Made by a program: the position numbers and the translations under genes. Below, one piece after another: positions 23,076-35,527 of a DNA stretch of 64,000 nucleotides. Every line of letters begins with the position of its first letter. Position 1 is the first letter of the stretch. The DNA is taken from positions 1,550,001-1,614,000 of the forward strand of contig CM059432.1 in the NCBI GenBank assembly GCA_030390025.1, written 5' to 3'. This DNA comes from Squalus acanthias (taxonomy: Eukaryota). Under the pieces are notes generated by a model. The model was not told the origin of the DNA. It saw only the letters and a list, made by a program, of their open reading frames with translations, and made no database searches.

Positions 23076-23167
23076 GTACTCGCTCAAATTGCTCCCTCCT
23101 CTTCGCCCCCCCACCCCCCTCCCAAAAAAAAAGACACACAAAGCTGGACCAGACATCCCATTAGAAC

Positions 23168-23690
23168 CAACAACAGCAACAACTTGTATTTATATAGCGC
23201 CTTTAACGTAGTAAAACGTCCCAAGGTGCTTCACAGGAGCGATTCTCAAACAAAATTTGACACCGAGCCACAGAAGGAGATATTAGGACAGGTGACCAAA
23301 AGCTTGGTCAAAGAGGGAGGTTAGAAGGAGAGAGAGGCGGAGAGGTTTAGGGAGGGAATTCAGGAGGTTAGGTCCTCGGCAGCTGAAGGCACGGCCGCCA
23401 ATGGTGGAGCGATGGAAATCGGGGATGCTCAAGAGGCCAGAGTTGGAGGAGCGCAGAGATCTGGTAAGGTTGGAGGAGATTACAGAGATGGGGAGGAGGC
23501 GAGGCCATGGAGGGATTGGAAACAAGGATCAGAATTTTAAAATCGAGGCGTTGCCGGACCAGGAGCCGATGCAGGTCAGCGAGCACAGGGGGTGATGGGT
23601 GAACGGGACTTGGTGCGAGTTAGGACACGGGCAGCCGAGTTTTGGATGAGGTGAAGTTTACGGAGAGTGTAAGTTGGGAATCGGCCCGGA
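23168..23690 (-). mobile_element. L2-type LINE 3' fragment
   Basis: LADLHRLLVRQRLDFKILIL on the minus strand; CAA tail. Confidence 0.85.
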
Positions 23691-24388
23691 GAGTTACAAA
23701 CTTTTAGTTACAACATTTCTGAAGTCAAATGGTCGGAGGCTCGAAGTGAGAAAATCGTTTAAAAAAAAAAAAAAAAAAATTAAGAACTGGATTAAAAAAG
23801 CTTGGTGCAGTTGTTGAAAGAATTAAAATACCTTTTTTCTTTATCATTTTGTTTCTTTAAAAATCTAGATGAGGAGACGCTCGTCCACAATACAGAAGTC
23901 AGATTTTTAGTACCAGTGCTTGCAATGTTCTATACACTTGTAACTCTTTACCCAGAGAGTGGTGAGAATGTGGAACTCGCTACCACAGGGAGTGATTGAG
24001 GCCAATCACACAGATACATTTAAGGGGAAGCTGGATAAACACATGAGGGAGAGAGGAATAGAAGGATATGGTGATAGGGTGAGATGAAGAGGGGTGGGAG
24101 GAGGCTCGTGTGGAGCATAAACGCCGGCACGGATGGGTACGGTAGCACCACCACCACCTTCTCCAGGGCAACTAGGGATGGGCAATAAATGCTGGCCTTG
24201 CAGCGACGCCCACATCCCAGGAACGAATAAAAAAAAAAAAAGTTGGGCCGAACGGCTGTTTCTGTGCTGTAAATCTCTCGTAGTTCTATGTAAAAAAAAA
24301 AAAATGATTACTTTCCTGTGGATTGCTCTGTAATACAGTCGATGTGCCCTGAAATGTGCAATCAATATTTACATTCTTTACCGTCTAG

Positions 24389-24441
24389 GTGATGCTTCCT
24401 CCTGAATACCCGACTGCTGCGCCACCTGTCTACCAGTTAAA
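24389..24441 (+). CDS. IMPACT: IMPACT coding exon 3 (VMLPPEYPTAAPPVYQL-N)
   Basis: TAG acceptor, GTAAGC donor; 53 nt; RWD YPxxxP motif. Confidence 0.97.
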
Positions 24442-24849
24442 GTAAGCATTTTATACCTTCCTTTGTGCGCTTATAATTGCGTTTTAACTTGTGAGGTTGT
24501 TCCAATCCTTGACAACACCAACTGAGGGCAGTGACTTGTGCCGTTGGCGGGAATCGGGAGGTGCGTGAGTAGAGGCGGTGCGTATGACGGGCGGCCGGTC
24601 CAATACCGCCTGTGTTGCGTCACCGCCCGGGACTCATTTCTACCCCGTGACGTCTCCAAAGACACACGGCTCTCACCTGTGAACAGGAAATGCTGGCGCT
24701 ACGCAGCATCTGACCAGAGAGAAGACAAGTTTGAGTGCAGACCATTCGCCAGAACGTGCGAAGGGAAGATAAGTGAGACTGAACAAAACAAAAGGCCAGG
24801 ATGGGAGAGACTAACGGGTGGAAGTAGAATCTGGAGTTGCTGGGATTAA

Positions 24850-25598
24850 TAAAGAAAGACTTGCATTTCTATAGCGCCTTTCACGACCTCAGGACGTCCC
24901 AAAGCGCTTTACAGCCAATGAAGTACTGTTTTCAAGGCAATTTGCACACAGCCAGGTCCCACAGACAGCAAAGTGATAACCAGATTATCTGTTTTTTTAG
25001 TGATGTTGGTTGAGGGATAAATATTGGCCCCAGGACACCGGGGAGAACTCCCCTGATTATCTTAGAAATAGAGGCCGGGGGTCCTTTGCATCCACCTGAG
25101 AGAGCAGACGGCACCTCCGACAATGCGCCGCTCCCTCAGTACCGCCCCTCCGACAGTGCGCCGCTCCCCCAGTACCGCCCCTCCGACAGTGCGCCGCTCC
25201 CCCAGTACCGCCCCTCCGACAGTGCGCCGCTCCCCCAGTACCGCCCCTCCGACAGTGCGCCGCTCCCCCAGTACCGCCCCTCCGACAGTGCGCCGCTCCC
25301 CCAGTACCGCCCCTCCGACAGTGCGCCGCTCCCCCAGTACCGCCCCTCCGACAGTGCGCCGCTCCCCCAGTACCGCCCCTCCGACAGTGCGCCGCTCCCC
25401 CAGTACCGCCCCTCCGACAGTGCGCCGCTCCCCCAGTACCGCCCCTCCGACAGTGCGCCGCTCCCCCAGTACCGCCCCTCCGACAGTGCGCCGCTCCCCC
25501 AGTACCGCCCCTCTGACAGTGCGCAGCTCTGACAGTGCGACACTGCCCCTCCGACAGTGCAGCGCTCCCTCAGCACCGCACTGGGAGTGTCAGCCTAG
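24850..25598 (-). mobile_element. DeuSINE with a highly homogeneous variant 33-bp array (25112-25575)
   Basis: Unit CAGTACCGCCCCTCCGACAGTGCGCCGCTCCCC repeated near-identically about 12 times. Confidence 0.9.
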
Positions 25599-26366
25599 CT
25601 GAAATTTGTTTGGATGTTAGACTCAGTAATTTTCTCAGTGAGATAACGAAGAGGGTTCTAAAACAGTAGAAAAAGAGCCAAGTAAAGCAAAAAAAAATGC
25701 ATTATAAAGAGGGAGACAAAAAATATAAACAATACCAAACTGGAAGAGGATGAAGTAGAAGATGAATCATAGAATAGTTGCAGCACAGAAGGAGGCCATT
25801 CGGCCCGTTGAGCCCGTGCCGGCTCTCTGCAAGATCACTTCAGCTAGTCCCACTCCCCCGCCCTTTCCCGTAGTCCTGCAAATTTTTTTCCTTCAGGTAC
25901 TTATCCAATTCCCTTTTGAATGCCATGATTGAATCTGCCTCCACCACCCTTTCAGGCAGTGCATTCCAAATCATAACCACTCGCTGCGTTAAAAAAAGTT
26001 TTTCCTCCATGGATGGAAGAAATAGGCAAGGAAATAGTGGAGAGTTCAAGTCTGAAGTTGTCAAAGTTGATGTTCAGATCAGAGGGGTACAGAGTGCCCA
26101 GGAGAAAGATGAGACGAGACGCGTACCTGGGATCCTGGGCGCAACGTGACCAAAACCCACGAATGGACGAAGTCGGCGGAAACGCGCCACCACGACCTGG
26201 GGGCGTGGCCAGTTTTGTGGGCGGTGACTACTTCCGGGCAAATGGACTTCTGAACCGCCGTAAAAGATTGCGGATGCTCGGGTTTAAAGCGGTTATGGGC
26301 GCAACTCGTTTGCGTTTAGAATTTCCGCAATCTTTAACCGCTATTTCATGCGATTCCGCATGGATT

Positions 26367-26957
26367 AGAACATAAGAACATGAGAAATAAGAGCAGGAGT
26401 CGGCCATACGGCCCCTCGAGCCTGCTCCGCCATTCAATAAGATCATGGCTGATCTTCGACCTCAACTCCACTTTCCTGCCCGATCTCCATATCCCTTGAT
26501 TCCCCCGAGAGTTCAAAAATCTATCGATCTCGGCCTTGAATATACTCAATGATTCAGCATCCACAACCTCTGAGGCAGAGAATTCCAAAGATTCACAGCC
26601 CTCTGACTGAAGAAATTCCTCCTCCTCTCAGTCTTAAATGGTCCACCCCTTATCCTGAGACTATGCCCCCTGGTACTCGACTCTCCAGCCAGGGGAAACA
26701 ACCTCTCAGCATCTACCCTGTCAATCCCTTCAGAATCTTGTACGTTTCAATGAGATCACCTCTCATTCATCTAAACACCAGAGAGTATAGGCCCATTCTA
26801 CACAATCTCTCATCATAGGACAACCCTCTCATCCCAGAAATCAATCCAGTGAATCTTCGTTGCACTGCCTCTAAGGCAAGTATGTCTTTCCTTAGATAAG
26901 GAGACCAAATCTATGCACAGTACTCCAGGTGTGGTCTCACCAAGGCCCCTGTACAAT
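26367..26957 (-). mobile_element. CR1 LINE 3' fragment
   Basis: AGAACATAAGAACAT tail; typical CR1 3' sequence. Confidence 0.87.
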
Positions 26958-27029
26958 TGCGGACACCTGGCCGGATATCATATGGGGAAACTCCCGGCCT
27001 CGATGTCCGTTCGTCAATAGTTGCTTCCA

Positions 27030-27916
27030 GTAAGGCTGCCAACTCTGGTCGGACATATTCCTGGAGGGGTCATTCCATGACCTCCCGCCATTGGTTACCC
27101 GACACATCATTCCTCGTGGTGTCCAGTCTTCCCACGGCCAATCGGAACGCCAACAGACTCTTCATTACCCTTGAGTACTGCGTACAGTTCTGGTCCCCAC
27201 ATTACAGGAAGGATGTGATTGCAGTAGAGAGGGTGCAGAGGAGATTTACGAGGATGTTGCCAGGACTGGAGAATTTTAGCTATGAGGAAAGATTGGATAG
27301 GCTGGGGTTGTTTTCTATGGAACAGAGAAGGCTGAAGGGAGACTTAATTGAGGTGTATAAAATTATGAGGTGCCGAGATAGAGTGGATAGGAAGGACCTA
27401 GTTCCCTTAGAGAGGTCAATAACCAGGGGGCATAGATTTAAAGTAATTGGTAGGAGGTTTAGAGGGGAGTTGAGGGGAACTTTTTTCACCCAGAGGGTGG
27501 TGGGGGTCTGGAACTCACTGCCTGAAAGGGTGGTAGAGGCAGAAACCCTCATCGCATTTAAAAAGTACTTGGATATGAACTTGAAGCGCCGTAACCTGCA
27601 GGGCTACGGACCAAGAGCTGGAAAGTGGGATTAGGCTGGATAGCTCTTTGTTGACCGGCACATACACGATGGGCCAAATGGCGGCCTCCTGTGCTGTAAA
27701 CTTCTATGATTCTACCCGATTGGATGATTCGTGACTTGCTTTTTCCCATCTCCAATATTATCGTAACTAATGGAAAAAAAAGTGTTCAAAGAAAATGAGG
27801 GGAAAAACCCGCAATATTTTTAATGCCCTTCTGGTTTTTATTTCCCCCCCGTGTTTTTGCTCGTAGCAGTGTGCATGAGATTAATCTTTAATTCCTGAAG
27901 ACTCCAGGACAATCCT
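27030..27916 (+). mobile_element. TAGGGTTGCCAAC-family MITE interrupted by a CR1 (27171-27712, TSD TACCC)
   Basis: Starts TAAGGCTGCCAACTCTGG; TACCC at 27166-27170 and 27713-27717 flanks the CR1 fragment ([15 protein letters not shown]...). Confidence 0.72.
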
Positions 27917-27984
27917 TGCCTTCCATTAAGATTTTAAACACGGTGCCCCAACATCAAACCAACTTTATCTTGACTGATTTATGT

Positions 27985-28745
27985 AGAATTTTACGGCACA
28001 GAAACAGGCCATTCGGCCCAACTGCTCCATGCCGGTGTTTATGTTCCACACGAGCCTCCTCCCACCCCTCTTCATCTCACCCCATCATCATATCCTTCTA
28101 TTCCTTTCTCCCTCATGTGTTTATCCAGCTTCCCCTTAAATGCATCTATACTATTCGCCTCAACGGCAGGAATGATGTATGAGGAGAGATTGGGTCGATT
28201 AGGCTTGTATTCGCTAGAGTTTAGAAGAATGAGAGGGGATCTCATTGAAACTTATAAAATTCTAACAGGACTAGACAGACTAGATGCGGGAAGGATGTTC
28301 CCGATGGCGGGGGAGTCCAGAACCAGGGGTCACAGTCTAAGGATAAGGGGTAAGCCATTTAGGACTGAGATGAGGAGGAATTTCTTCACCCAGAGAGTGG
28401 TGAACCTGTGGAATTCTCTACCACAGAAGGCAGTTGAGGCCAATTCATTAAATATATTCAAGAAGGAGTTAGATATATTTCTTAAGGCTAAAGGGATCAA
28501 GGGATATGGGGAGAAAGCAGGGACAGGGTACTGAATTTGGATGATCAGCCATGATCGCATTGAATGGCGGGGCAGGCTCGGGGGGCCGAATGGCCTACTC
28601 CTGCTCCTATCTTCTATGTTTCTAACCACTCCCTGTGGTAGCGAGTTCCACATTTTCACCACTCTCTGGGTAAAGAAGTTTCTCCTGAATTCCCGATTGG
28701 ATTTATTGGTGACTATCTTATATTTATGGTCCCTAGTTCTGGTCT
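27985..28745. mobile_element. Plus-strand CR1 (~28165-28622) nested in a minus-strand CR1 3' end
   Basis: ORF 28115-28534 YEERLGRLGLYSLEFRRMRGDL...; host element resumes at ACCACTCCCTGTGG. Confidence 0.8.
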
Positions 28746-28799
28746 AACCTATCAAAAGGAATTTGCCCTTGCAGTCTGGTTGTCTTCTGTCTTCCATTT

Positions 28800-30170
28800 T
28801 AAGAACATTAGAAATAGGAGCAGGAGTCGGCCATACGGCCCCTTGAGCCTGCTCCGCCATTCAATAAGATCATGGCTGATCTTTGACCTCAACTCCACTT
28901 TCCTGCTCTATTGCCATATCCCTTGATTCCCCTAGAGTCCAAAAATCTATCGATCTCAGCCTTGAATATACTCAACGACTCAGCATCCACAGCCCTCTGG
29001 GGTAGAGAATTCCAAAGATTCACCACCCTGAGTGAAGAAATTCCTCCTCGGGAAACAGCCTCTCCGCATCTACCTTGTCGAAGAATTTTGTACATTTCAA
29101 AGAGATCACCTCTCATTCTTCTAAACGCTAGAGAATATAGCCCCATTCTACTCAATCACTCCTCATAGGGCATCCCTCTCATTCCAGGAATCTAGTGAAC
29201 TTTCATTGCACCCCTGTAAGATCCAAATCACAGGCCACACACACATTACCCAAAAGGGTTTTAGAAGTTGTAAGGCTTTTATTAAAGAGCTACAGTTTTA
29301 AAGCATAATCGGGTCTTACATATGGTTTAAGCCGAGTATAGTAGACATACAACCCGTGACAGTAGAGAGCGATCTACGACTCCCGAATCAGAATGCCACG
29401 ACCGGACGGTCGGGGAGGCAGTACGGTGGTCTCGGATTGGGTGGATTCCTGCAGTCTGCTGCAGCAGTCACTTCCATTGGGTCATCCCTCGAGCTGTTGG
29501 AGGTGTTCGGCCGTCAGCCACCTCCGAGGCTAAACTTGACCAAGGTGTTAGGCCGTAGCCACCTCGGGGAAGCCTTCGCCCCTAACTGCCTGATTTCCTC
29601 TCTCGGTCGTCTATGTTTATAGTTATTTCGGTTGGCTGGTAATCACCTGGTGTCAATCATTTGATCCCCCATCCTATTGTCCAATTGTGAAGTGGGGAGA
29701 CATCCCTCGCCGTCCCTTTCTGCATGACTGACGAGGCCTCCCTCTTAACTTTCTGAGGAATGTTTTGTTATGTTTCTTTAAGGACATTTTATGACTTTTC
29801 GGCTCCATTTTTGTCTTTTATCCCCCACCCTGTGTTTTGCATTTTACGATTCCCTTATCACTTCTATTTGTCTTTTGATGCTTGATATTCGACCTTGCTG
29901 GCATTTCTGCTATCTGTTCCCGGCTGCAAGTTGTCAGTCTCTGTTCTAAGAATTAAAACCCATCTTTGAATCTAACAGCTATTTCTTACACCCCTTCTAT
30001 GGCAAGAATATCCTTCCTTAGGTAAGGAGACCAAAACTGTACACAATACTCCAGGTGTGGTCTCGCCAGGGCCGTATACAATTACTGCAAGACTTTCTTA
30101 TTCTTAGACTTTATTGCAAGGATGTTGCAGTACAACATACCATTTGCCATCCTAGTTGCTTGCTGTACCT
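28800..30170 (-). mobile_element. CR1 LINE fragment interrupted by a solo LTR
   Basis: CR1 sequence ...TTGCACCCC resumes as CCCCTTCTATGGCAAG after 29990. Confidence 0.82.
29215..29990 (-). mobile_element. Solo LTR, 776 bp, of an LTR retroelement or endogenous retrovirus
   Basis: Termini TGTAAGA...TCTTACA; 4-bp TSD CCCC; minus-strand TATAAA near 29616 and AATAAA near 29280. Confidence 0.8.
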
Positions 30171-30249
30171 GCAAAGAGAGCAGCCTCCATTTTAAGACCT
30201 TTGTTATATCAAACTAAAGACAAAATTCTCTTATTTTTGGTCACAATAA

Positions 30250-30717
30250 AGATCATTGAATAGTACAGCACAGAAGGAGATCATTCGGCCCATCGAGTCT
30301 GCGCCGGCTCTTTCGAAGAGCAATCCAGTTAGTCCCATCCCTCCGTTCTTTCCCCGTATCCCTGCAATTTTTTCTCCTTCAAGTATTTATCCAATTCCCT
30401 TTTGAAGGCTGCTATTGAATCTGTCTCCACCGCCCTATCAGGCAGCGCATTCCAAATCCCAACCACTCGCTGCGTAATAAAGTTTTTCCTCCTGTCGCCT
30501 CTGGTTCTTTTGCCCATCACCTTAAATCTGTGTCTCTGGTTCTCGACCCTTCAGCCATGGGAAACAATTTCTCTTTATTTACTCTATCTAAACCCCTCAT
30601 GATTTTGAACACCTCTATCAACCTTCTCTGCTCTAAGGAGAACAATCCCAGCTTCTCCAGTCTCTCCACGTAACTGGAATCCCTCATCCCTGGGACCATT
30701 CCAGTAAATCTCTTCTG
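30250..30717 (-). mobile_element. CR1 LINE 3' fragment ending ~28 nt before exon 4
   Basis: MVPGMRDSSYVERLEKLGLFSLEQRRL on the minus strand. Confidence 0.87.
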
Positions 30718-30745
30718 ATTTTAATTAATTTCTGTTTGATTTCAG

Positions 30746-30808
30746 TGCTCCTTGGCTGAGAGGACAGGATCGAATCGTTCTTTCTAACAGCTTGGAGGAA
30801 ATCTATCT
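30746..30808 (+). CDS. IMPACT: IMPACT coding exon 4 (APWLRGQDRIVLSNSLEEIY-L)
   Basis: TTTCAG acceptor, GTGAGT donor; 63 nt; phases 2/2 fit neighbouring exons. Confidence 0.97.
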
Positions 30809-30878
30809 GTGAGTTGATCTGATAATTTCAGTGCAAATTGAAATGAATGCTCTCTTATACCTATAAATTTTCACATTA

Positions 30879-31345
30879 GAGTGTCGGCAGTGGGTCGCCC
30901 TCTCGCCTCCGAGTCAGAAGGTTGTGGGTTCGAGTCCCACTCCAGAGACTTGAGCACAAAAATCTAGGCTGACACTCCAGTGCAGTACTGAGGGAGTGCT
31001 GCACTGTCGGAGGTGGCGTCTTTCGGACATTAAACCGAGGCCCCGTCTGCTCTCTCAGGTGGACGTAAAAGATCCCATGGCACTTTTTCAAAGAAAAGCA
31101 GGGGAGTTCTCCCCCGGTGTCCTGGGGCCAATATTTATCCCTCAACCAACATCACTAAAAAAAAAAACAGATGATCTGGTCATTATCACATTGCTGTTTG
31201 TGGGAGCTTGCTGTGTACGAACTGGCTGCCGCGTCTCCTACATTACAACAGTGACTACACTTCAAAAAAAGTACTTCATTGGCTGTAAAGTGCTTTGGGA
31301 TGTCCTGAGGTTGTGAAAGGCGCTGGAGAAATGCAAGTCTTTTTC
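30879..31345 (+). mobile_element. DeuSINE with a single, unexpanded 33-bp unit
   Basis: B box GTTCGAGTCC, hairpin CAGTGCAGTACT-GAGGG-AGTGCTGCACTG, Deu domain, L2-like tail. Confidence 0.9.
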
Positions 31346-31441
31346 TATTCTATGATTCTACAATAGTCCGTAGGTTTGATCATGTGCAATTGAAGTCATG
31401 GCTGGGGTGACTGAACTTTTGATTTGGTCAATCTGTTTCAG

Positions 31442-31527
31442 GCAAAATTCGGGAGAATGTATCCTGTTCCTCTGGGTGGGAAAGATTCGAGATTTTTTAC
31501 TGGTGAAATCGCAATCAGCTGATGCAG
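31442..31527 (+). CDS. IMPACT: IMPACT coding exon 5 (QNSGECILFLWVGKIRDFLLVKSQSADA)
   Basis: TTTCAG acceptor, GTAATG donor; 86 nt; end of RWD domain (GExILxLWVxKIRD). Confidence 0.96.
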
Positions 31528-31889
31528 GTAATGCTGGCATCCTGTTAGGTGCCGTTACTTGTATACTGTGACTATCTCTGCAGGTACGTGTAAAGACTGG
31601 CAAGCCAACAACCCGCAGGCTTCACTAATCACCTGGCAGTAGTCCAAGTGTTTCTAAACATCATTCTCCTTTACCAATCTACACGAGTCATTACTGTACA
31701 ATGCGAGGAGGTCGTGATAATACAGAGAAGTTTGGAGTCCTCAGAAAAAGAACAGTAACATCCTGGAACTCAGAACTGTCCACTTGGCTGTCCTCTGTTC
31801 CCAGCACTGAGCTACTGGGAAACTAGTCTAGACGTAATTGATATATGTATTTGTGTGTGTGTTTACATGTATAGTGTGTGTATATATTT

Positions 31890-32486
31890 ATCGAGCGTGG
31901 TCAAAGCTTCGATGCTGGGGATGTTGGCCTCAGCGAGGACACTGACTGTGCGCCTATCCTGCCAATGGATTTGCAGGATCTTGCAGAGGCAGCGTTGGTG
32001 GTACCTCTCCAGTGCTTTGAGGTACCTGCTGTAAATGGTCAGCTCCGATGGACGGGTCACGTCGTCCGCATGCCCGATACGAGACTCCCAAAACAAGCGC
32101 TCTACTCGGAGCTCCGACACGGCAAGAGAGCCCCAGGTGGGCAGAGGAAATGCTTCAAGGACTCCCTCAAAGCCTCCTTGAAAAAGTGCAGCATCCCCAC
32201 CGACACCTGGGAATCCCTGGCCCAAGACCGCACAAAGTGGAGGAGAAGCATCCGGGAAGGCGCCGAACACCTCGAGTCTCTTCGCCAGGAGCAAGCGGAA
32301 GACAAGCAGAAGGCAGCGCAAGGAGCGCACGTCAACCCAAGCATCCCACCCACCTGCCCCTTCAACCACCGTCTGCCCCACCTGTGACAGAGACTGTAGG
32401 TCCCGCATTGGACTCATCAGTCACCTGAGAACTCATTTTTAATGTGGAAGCAAGTCATCCTCGGTTCCGAGGGACTGCCTAAGAAG
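31890..32486 (+). mobile_element. RTE-clade LINE 3' fragment with an inverted 5' segment (31890-32039)
   Basis: LRWTGHVVRMPDTRLPKQALYSEL...GGQRKCFKDSLKASL; tail GACTGCCTAAGAAG; collinear copy at 46080-46638. Confidence 0.87.
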
Positions 32487-33444
32487 TATATATACACACA
32501 CACGCCCGTGCGTGCGCGCTCGCCCGTGCGCGAATTGGGAACACTCAGTGGTCGATAGTTGCGCTGTAGGCTCACTGGTCCCTCTGGATCCTGCAATCAG
32601 TGAGGCAGAATCCTCTGAGCTGCTTCTGTTGTACCCCAAGAAGAAGACAGTCTCGAATGGAGAGTGGTTGAGTGCGTGTCTCTGATACTCATGTCCTCGG
32701 GCCATTGTTGGTCTGGTGATTTTTTTTTTTTCACCATTTCTCCATCGTTGCTGTTAAGATTTCACCAGAATGATACCGGGGCTAAAAGGGTTAAATTATG
32801 AGGAGATGTTGCACAGACTGGGCTCGTATTCCCTTGAATATAGAAGATTAAGGGGTGATCTAACTGAGGTGTTGAAGATGATTAAAGAAGTAGATAGAGA
32901 AACTATTTCCACTGGCAGGAGGGTTGGTAACCAGAGGACACAGATTTAAAGTGATTGGCAAAAGAACCGGAGGCAACATGAGGATTTTTTCACGCAGCGA
33001 GTTGTTGTGATCTGGAATGCGCTGCCTGAAAGGGCGGTGGAAGCAGATTCAGTAGTAACTTTCAAAAGGGAATTGGAGAAATACTTGACGGGGAGAAAAT
33101 TGCAGGGAAGGGGCGGGGGCGGGGGCGGGGCGGTGGGACTAATTGGATTGCTCTTTCAGAGAGCAGGCACGATGGGCCGAATGGCCTCCTTCTGTGCTGT
33201 ATGATTCCATGATCAATAGGACATGGCAAGCACTGTGAATCTATCATCAGATCGGCAAAGCATTGTAAAGACAACTTGAAGCATTCGGATAACACAGCAA
33301 ACTGTGACTAGTAATGGATGGTAAGAGCCCAAATGGGAAGATTGTCTGCTGATGAAGGAATAGGTGATTGTCTACATGGAAACGTTTGGATCTGAATTGT
33401 GAAAAAAATAATGCCCCGGATTTTGTGGTAAATATGGGTCAGTG

Positions 33445-34535
33445 GCAGCATGGTACGGAATTGGCTACGTGACAGGAAACAGAGAGTAGTGGTGAATGGT
33501 TGTTTTCCGGACTGGAGGAAGGTATACAGTGGTGTTCCCCAGGGGTCGGTTCTAGGGCCACTGCTTTTCTTGATATATAGTAATAACTTGGACTTGGGTG
33601 TACAGGGCACAATTTCAAAATGTGCAGATGACACGAAGCTTGGAATTATAGTGAACAGTGAGGAGGAGAGTGATAGACTTCAAGAAGACAAACAGGCTAG
33701 TGGGATGGGCGGACACATGGCAGATGAAATTTAACGCAGAAAAGCGAGAAGTGATACATTTTGGTAGGAAGAATGAGGAGAGGCAATATAAAGTAAAGGG
33801 TACAATCCTAAAGGGGGTGCATGAACAGAGAGACCTGGGGGTATATGTGCACAAAACGTTGAAGGCGGCAGGGCAGGTTGAGAAAGCAGTTAAAAAAGCT
33901 TACGGGCTCCTGGGCTTCATGAATAGAGGTATAGAGTACAAAAGCAAGGAAGTTATGATGAACCTGTATAAAACACTGGTTCGGCCTCAACTGGAGTATT
34001 GTGTCCAATTCTGGGCACTGCACTTTAAGAAGGATGTGAAGGCCTTAGAGAGGGTGCAGAAAAGATTTACGAGAATGGTTCCAGGGATGAGGGACTTCAT
34101 TTACGTGGATAGACTGGAGAAGCTGGTTGTTCTCTTTAGAGCAGAGAAGGTTGAGGGGAGATTTGATAGAGGTGTTCAAAATCATGAGGGGTCTGGACAG
34201 AGTAGATAGAGAGAAACTGTTCCCATTGGCAGAAGGGTCGAGAACCAGAGGTCACAGATTTAAGGTGATTGGCAGAAGAACCAAAGGCGACATGAGGAAA
34301 AACTTTTTTACGCAGCGAGTGGTTAGGATCTGGAATGCACTGCCTGAAAGGGTGGTGAGGAAAGGTTCAATCACGGCTTTCAAAAGGGAGTTGGATAAGT
34401 ACCTGAAGGAGAAAATTTTGCAGGGCTACGGGGGAAGGGCGGGAGAGTGGGACTAGCTGAAGTGCTCTTGCAGAGAGCCGGCACGGGCTCGACGGGCCGA
34501 ATGGCCTCTTTCTGTGCTGTAACCATTCTATAATT
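33445..34535 (+). mobile_element. CR1 LINE ORF2 3' region, frameshifted
   Basis: WLRDRKQRVVVNG, GVPQGSVLGP, ADDTKL, FFTQRVVRIWNALP. Confidence 0.9.
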
Positions 34536-34539
34536 CTGA

Positions 34540-35240
34540 GAAGAATTAGGAGCAGGAGTCGGCCATACGGCCCCTCGAGCCTGCTCCGCCGTTCACTAAG
34601 ATCATGGCTGATCTTCGACCTCAACTCCACTTTCCCGCCCGATCCCCATATCCCTTGATTCCCCTCGAGTCCAAAAATCTATCGATCTCAGCCTTGAATA
34701 TACTCAACGACTGAGCCTCCACAGCTCTCTGGGGCAGAGAATTCCAAAGATTCACAACCCTCTGAGTGAAGAAATTTCTCCTCATCTCAGGCTTAAATGG
34801 CCGACCCCTTATCCTGAGACTGTGCCCCCTAGTTCTAGACTCTCCAGCCAGGGGAAACAACCTCTCAGCATCTAACCTGTCAATCCCCCTCCGAATCCTA
34901 TATGTTTCAATGAGATCACCTCTCATTCTTCTAAACTCCAGAGAGTATCGGCCCATTCTACACAATCTCTCATCATAGGACAACCCTCTCATCCCAGGAA
35001 CCAATCTAGCGAACCTTCGTTGCACCGCCTCTAAGGCGAGTATATCCTTCCTCCGATAAGGAGACCAAAACTGTGCACAGTACTCCAGGTGTGGTCTCAC
35101 CAGAGCCCTGTACAATTGTAGCAAGACTTCCTTACTCTTATACTCCAACCCCCTTGCAATAAAGGCCAACATGCCATTTGCCTTCCTTAATTGCTGGCTG
35201 TACCTGCATGCTAGCTTTCTGTTTCCTGTACGAGGACACC
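34540..35240 (-). mobile_element. CR1 LINE 3' fragment, tail-to-tail with the previous CR1
   Basis: ORF 34621-35322 KANGMLAFIARGLEYKSKEVLLQLYRALVRPHLEYC. Confidence 0.9.
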
Positions 35241-35342
35241 TAAAATTGATGGTGAGTTTATTGGCGCTCACTGTTATTAATCGGACAGCTACGTTTTCAA
35301 AAGTAGACTTTGTTTCTGACATCTGTGTGTTATATGTTACAG

Positions 35343-35465
35343 TTCCAGAAATACGGAAGAGAACAGAAGGGGCTGCAGTGAATTATCAAGATGATGATTT
35401 CTTTACCTGTTGGCCACCTGCTCAGCAAGTTACAGCGCCGGGAGCTCTTTCTGAAAGCTCAGAAG
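35343..35465 (+). CDS. IMPACT: IMPACT coding exon 6, linker (V-PEIRKRTEGAAVNYQDDDFFTCWPPAQQVTAPGALSESSE)
   Basis: TTACAG acceptor, GTAAGC donor; 123 nt; phase 1/1 keeps frame between exons 5 and 7; acidic, poorly conserved linker as in other IMPACT proteins. Confidence 0.88.
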
Positions 35466-35527
35466 GTAAGCTGTGAAGAGACCTTTTCTCTTTCCAAGTG
35501 AGTTGGTTTAGGATACTGTACACTCAG

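Noticed and set aside
35171..35476. Stand-alone 101-aa ORF (likewise 59623-59835 and 23034-23324)
   Set aside because: Each is an IMPACT exon read with flanking intron; splice sites define the true coding parts
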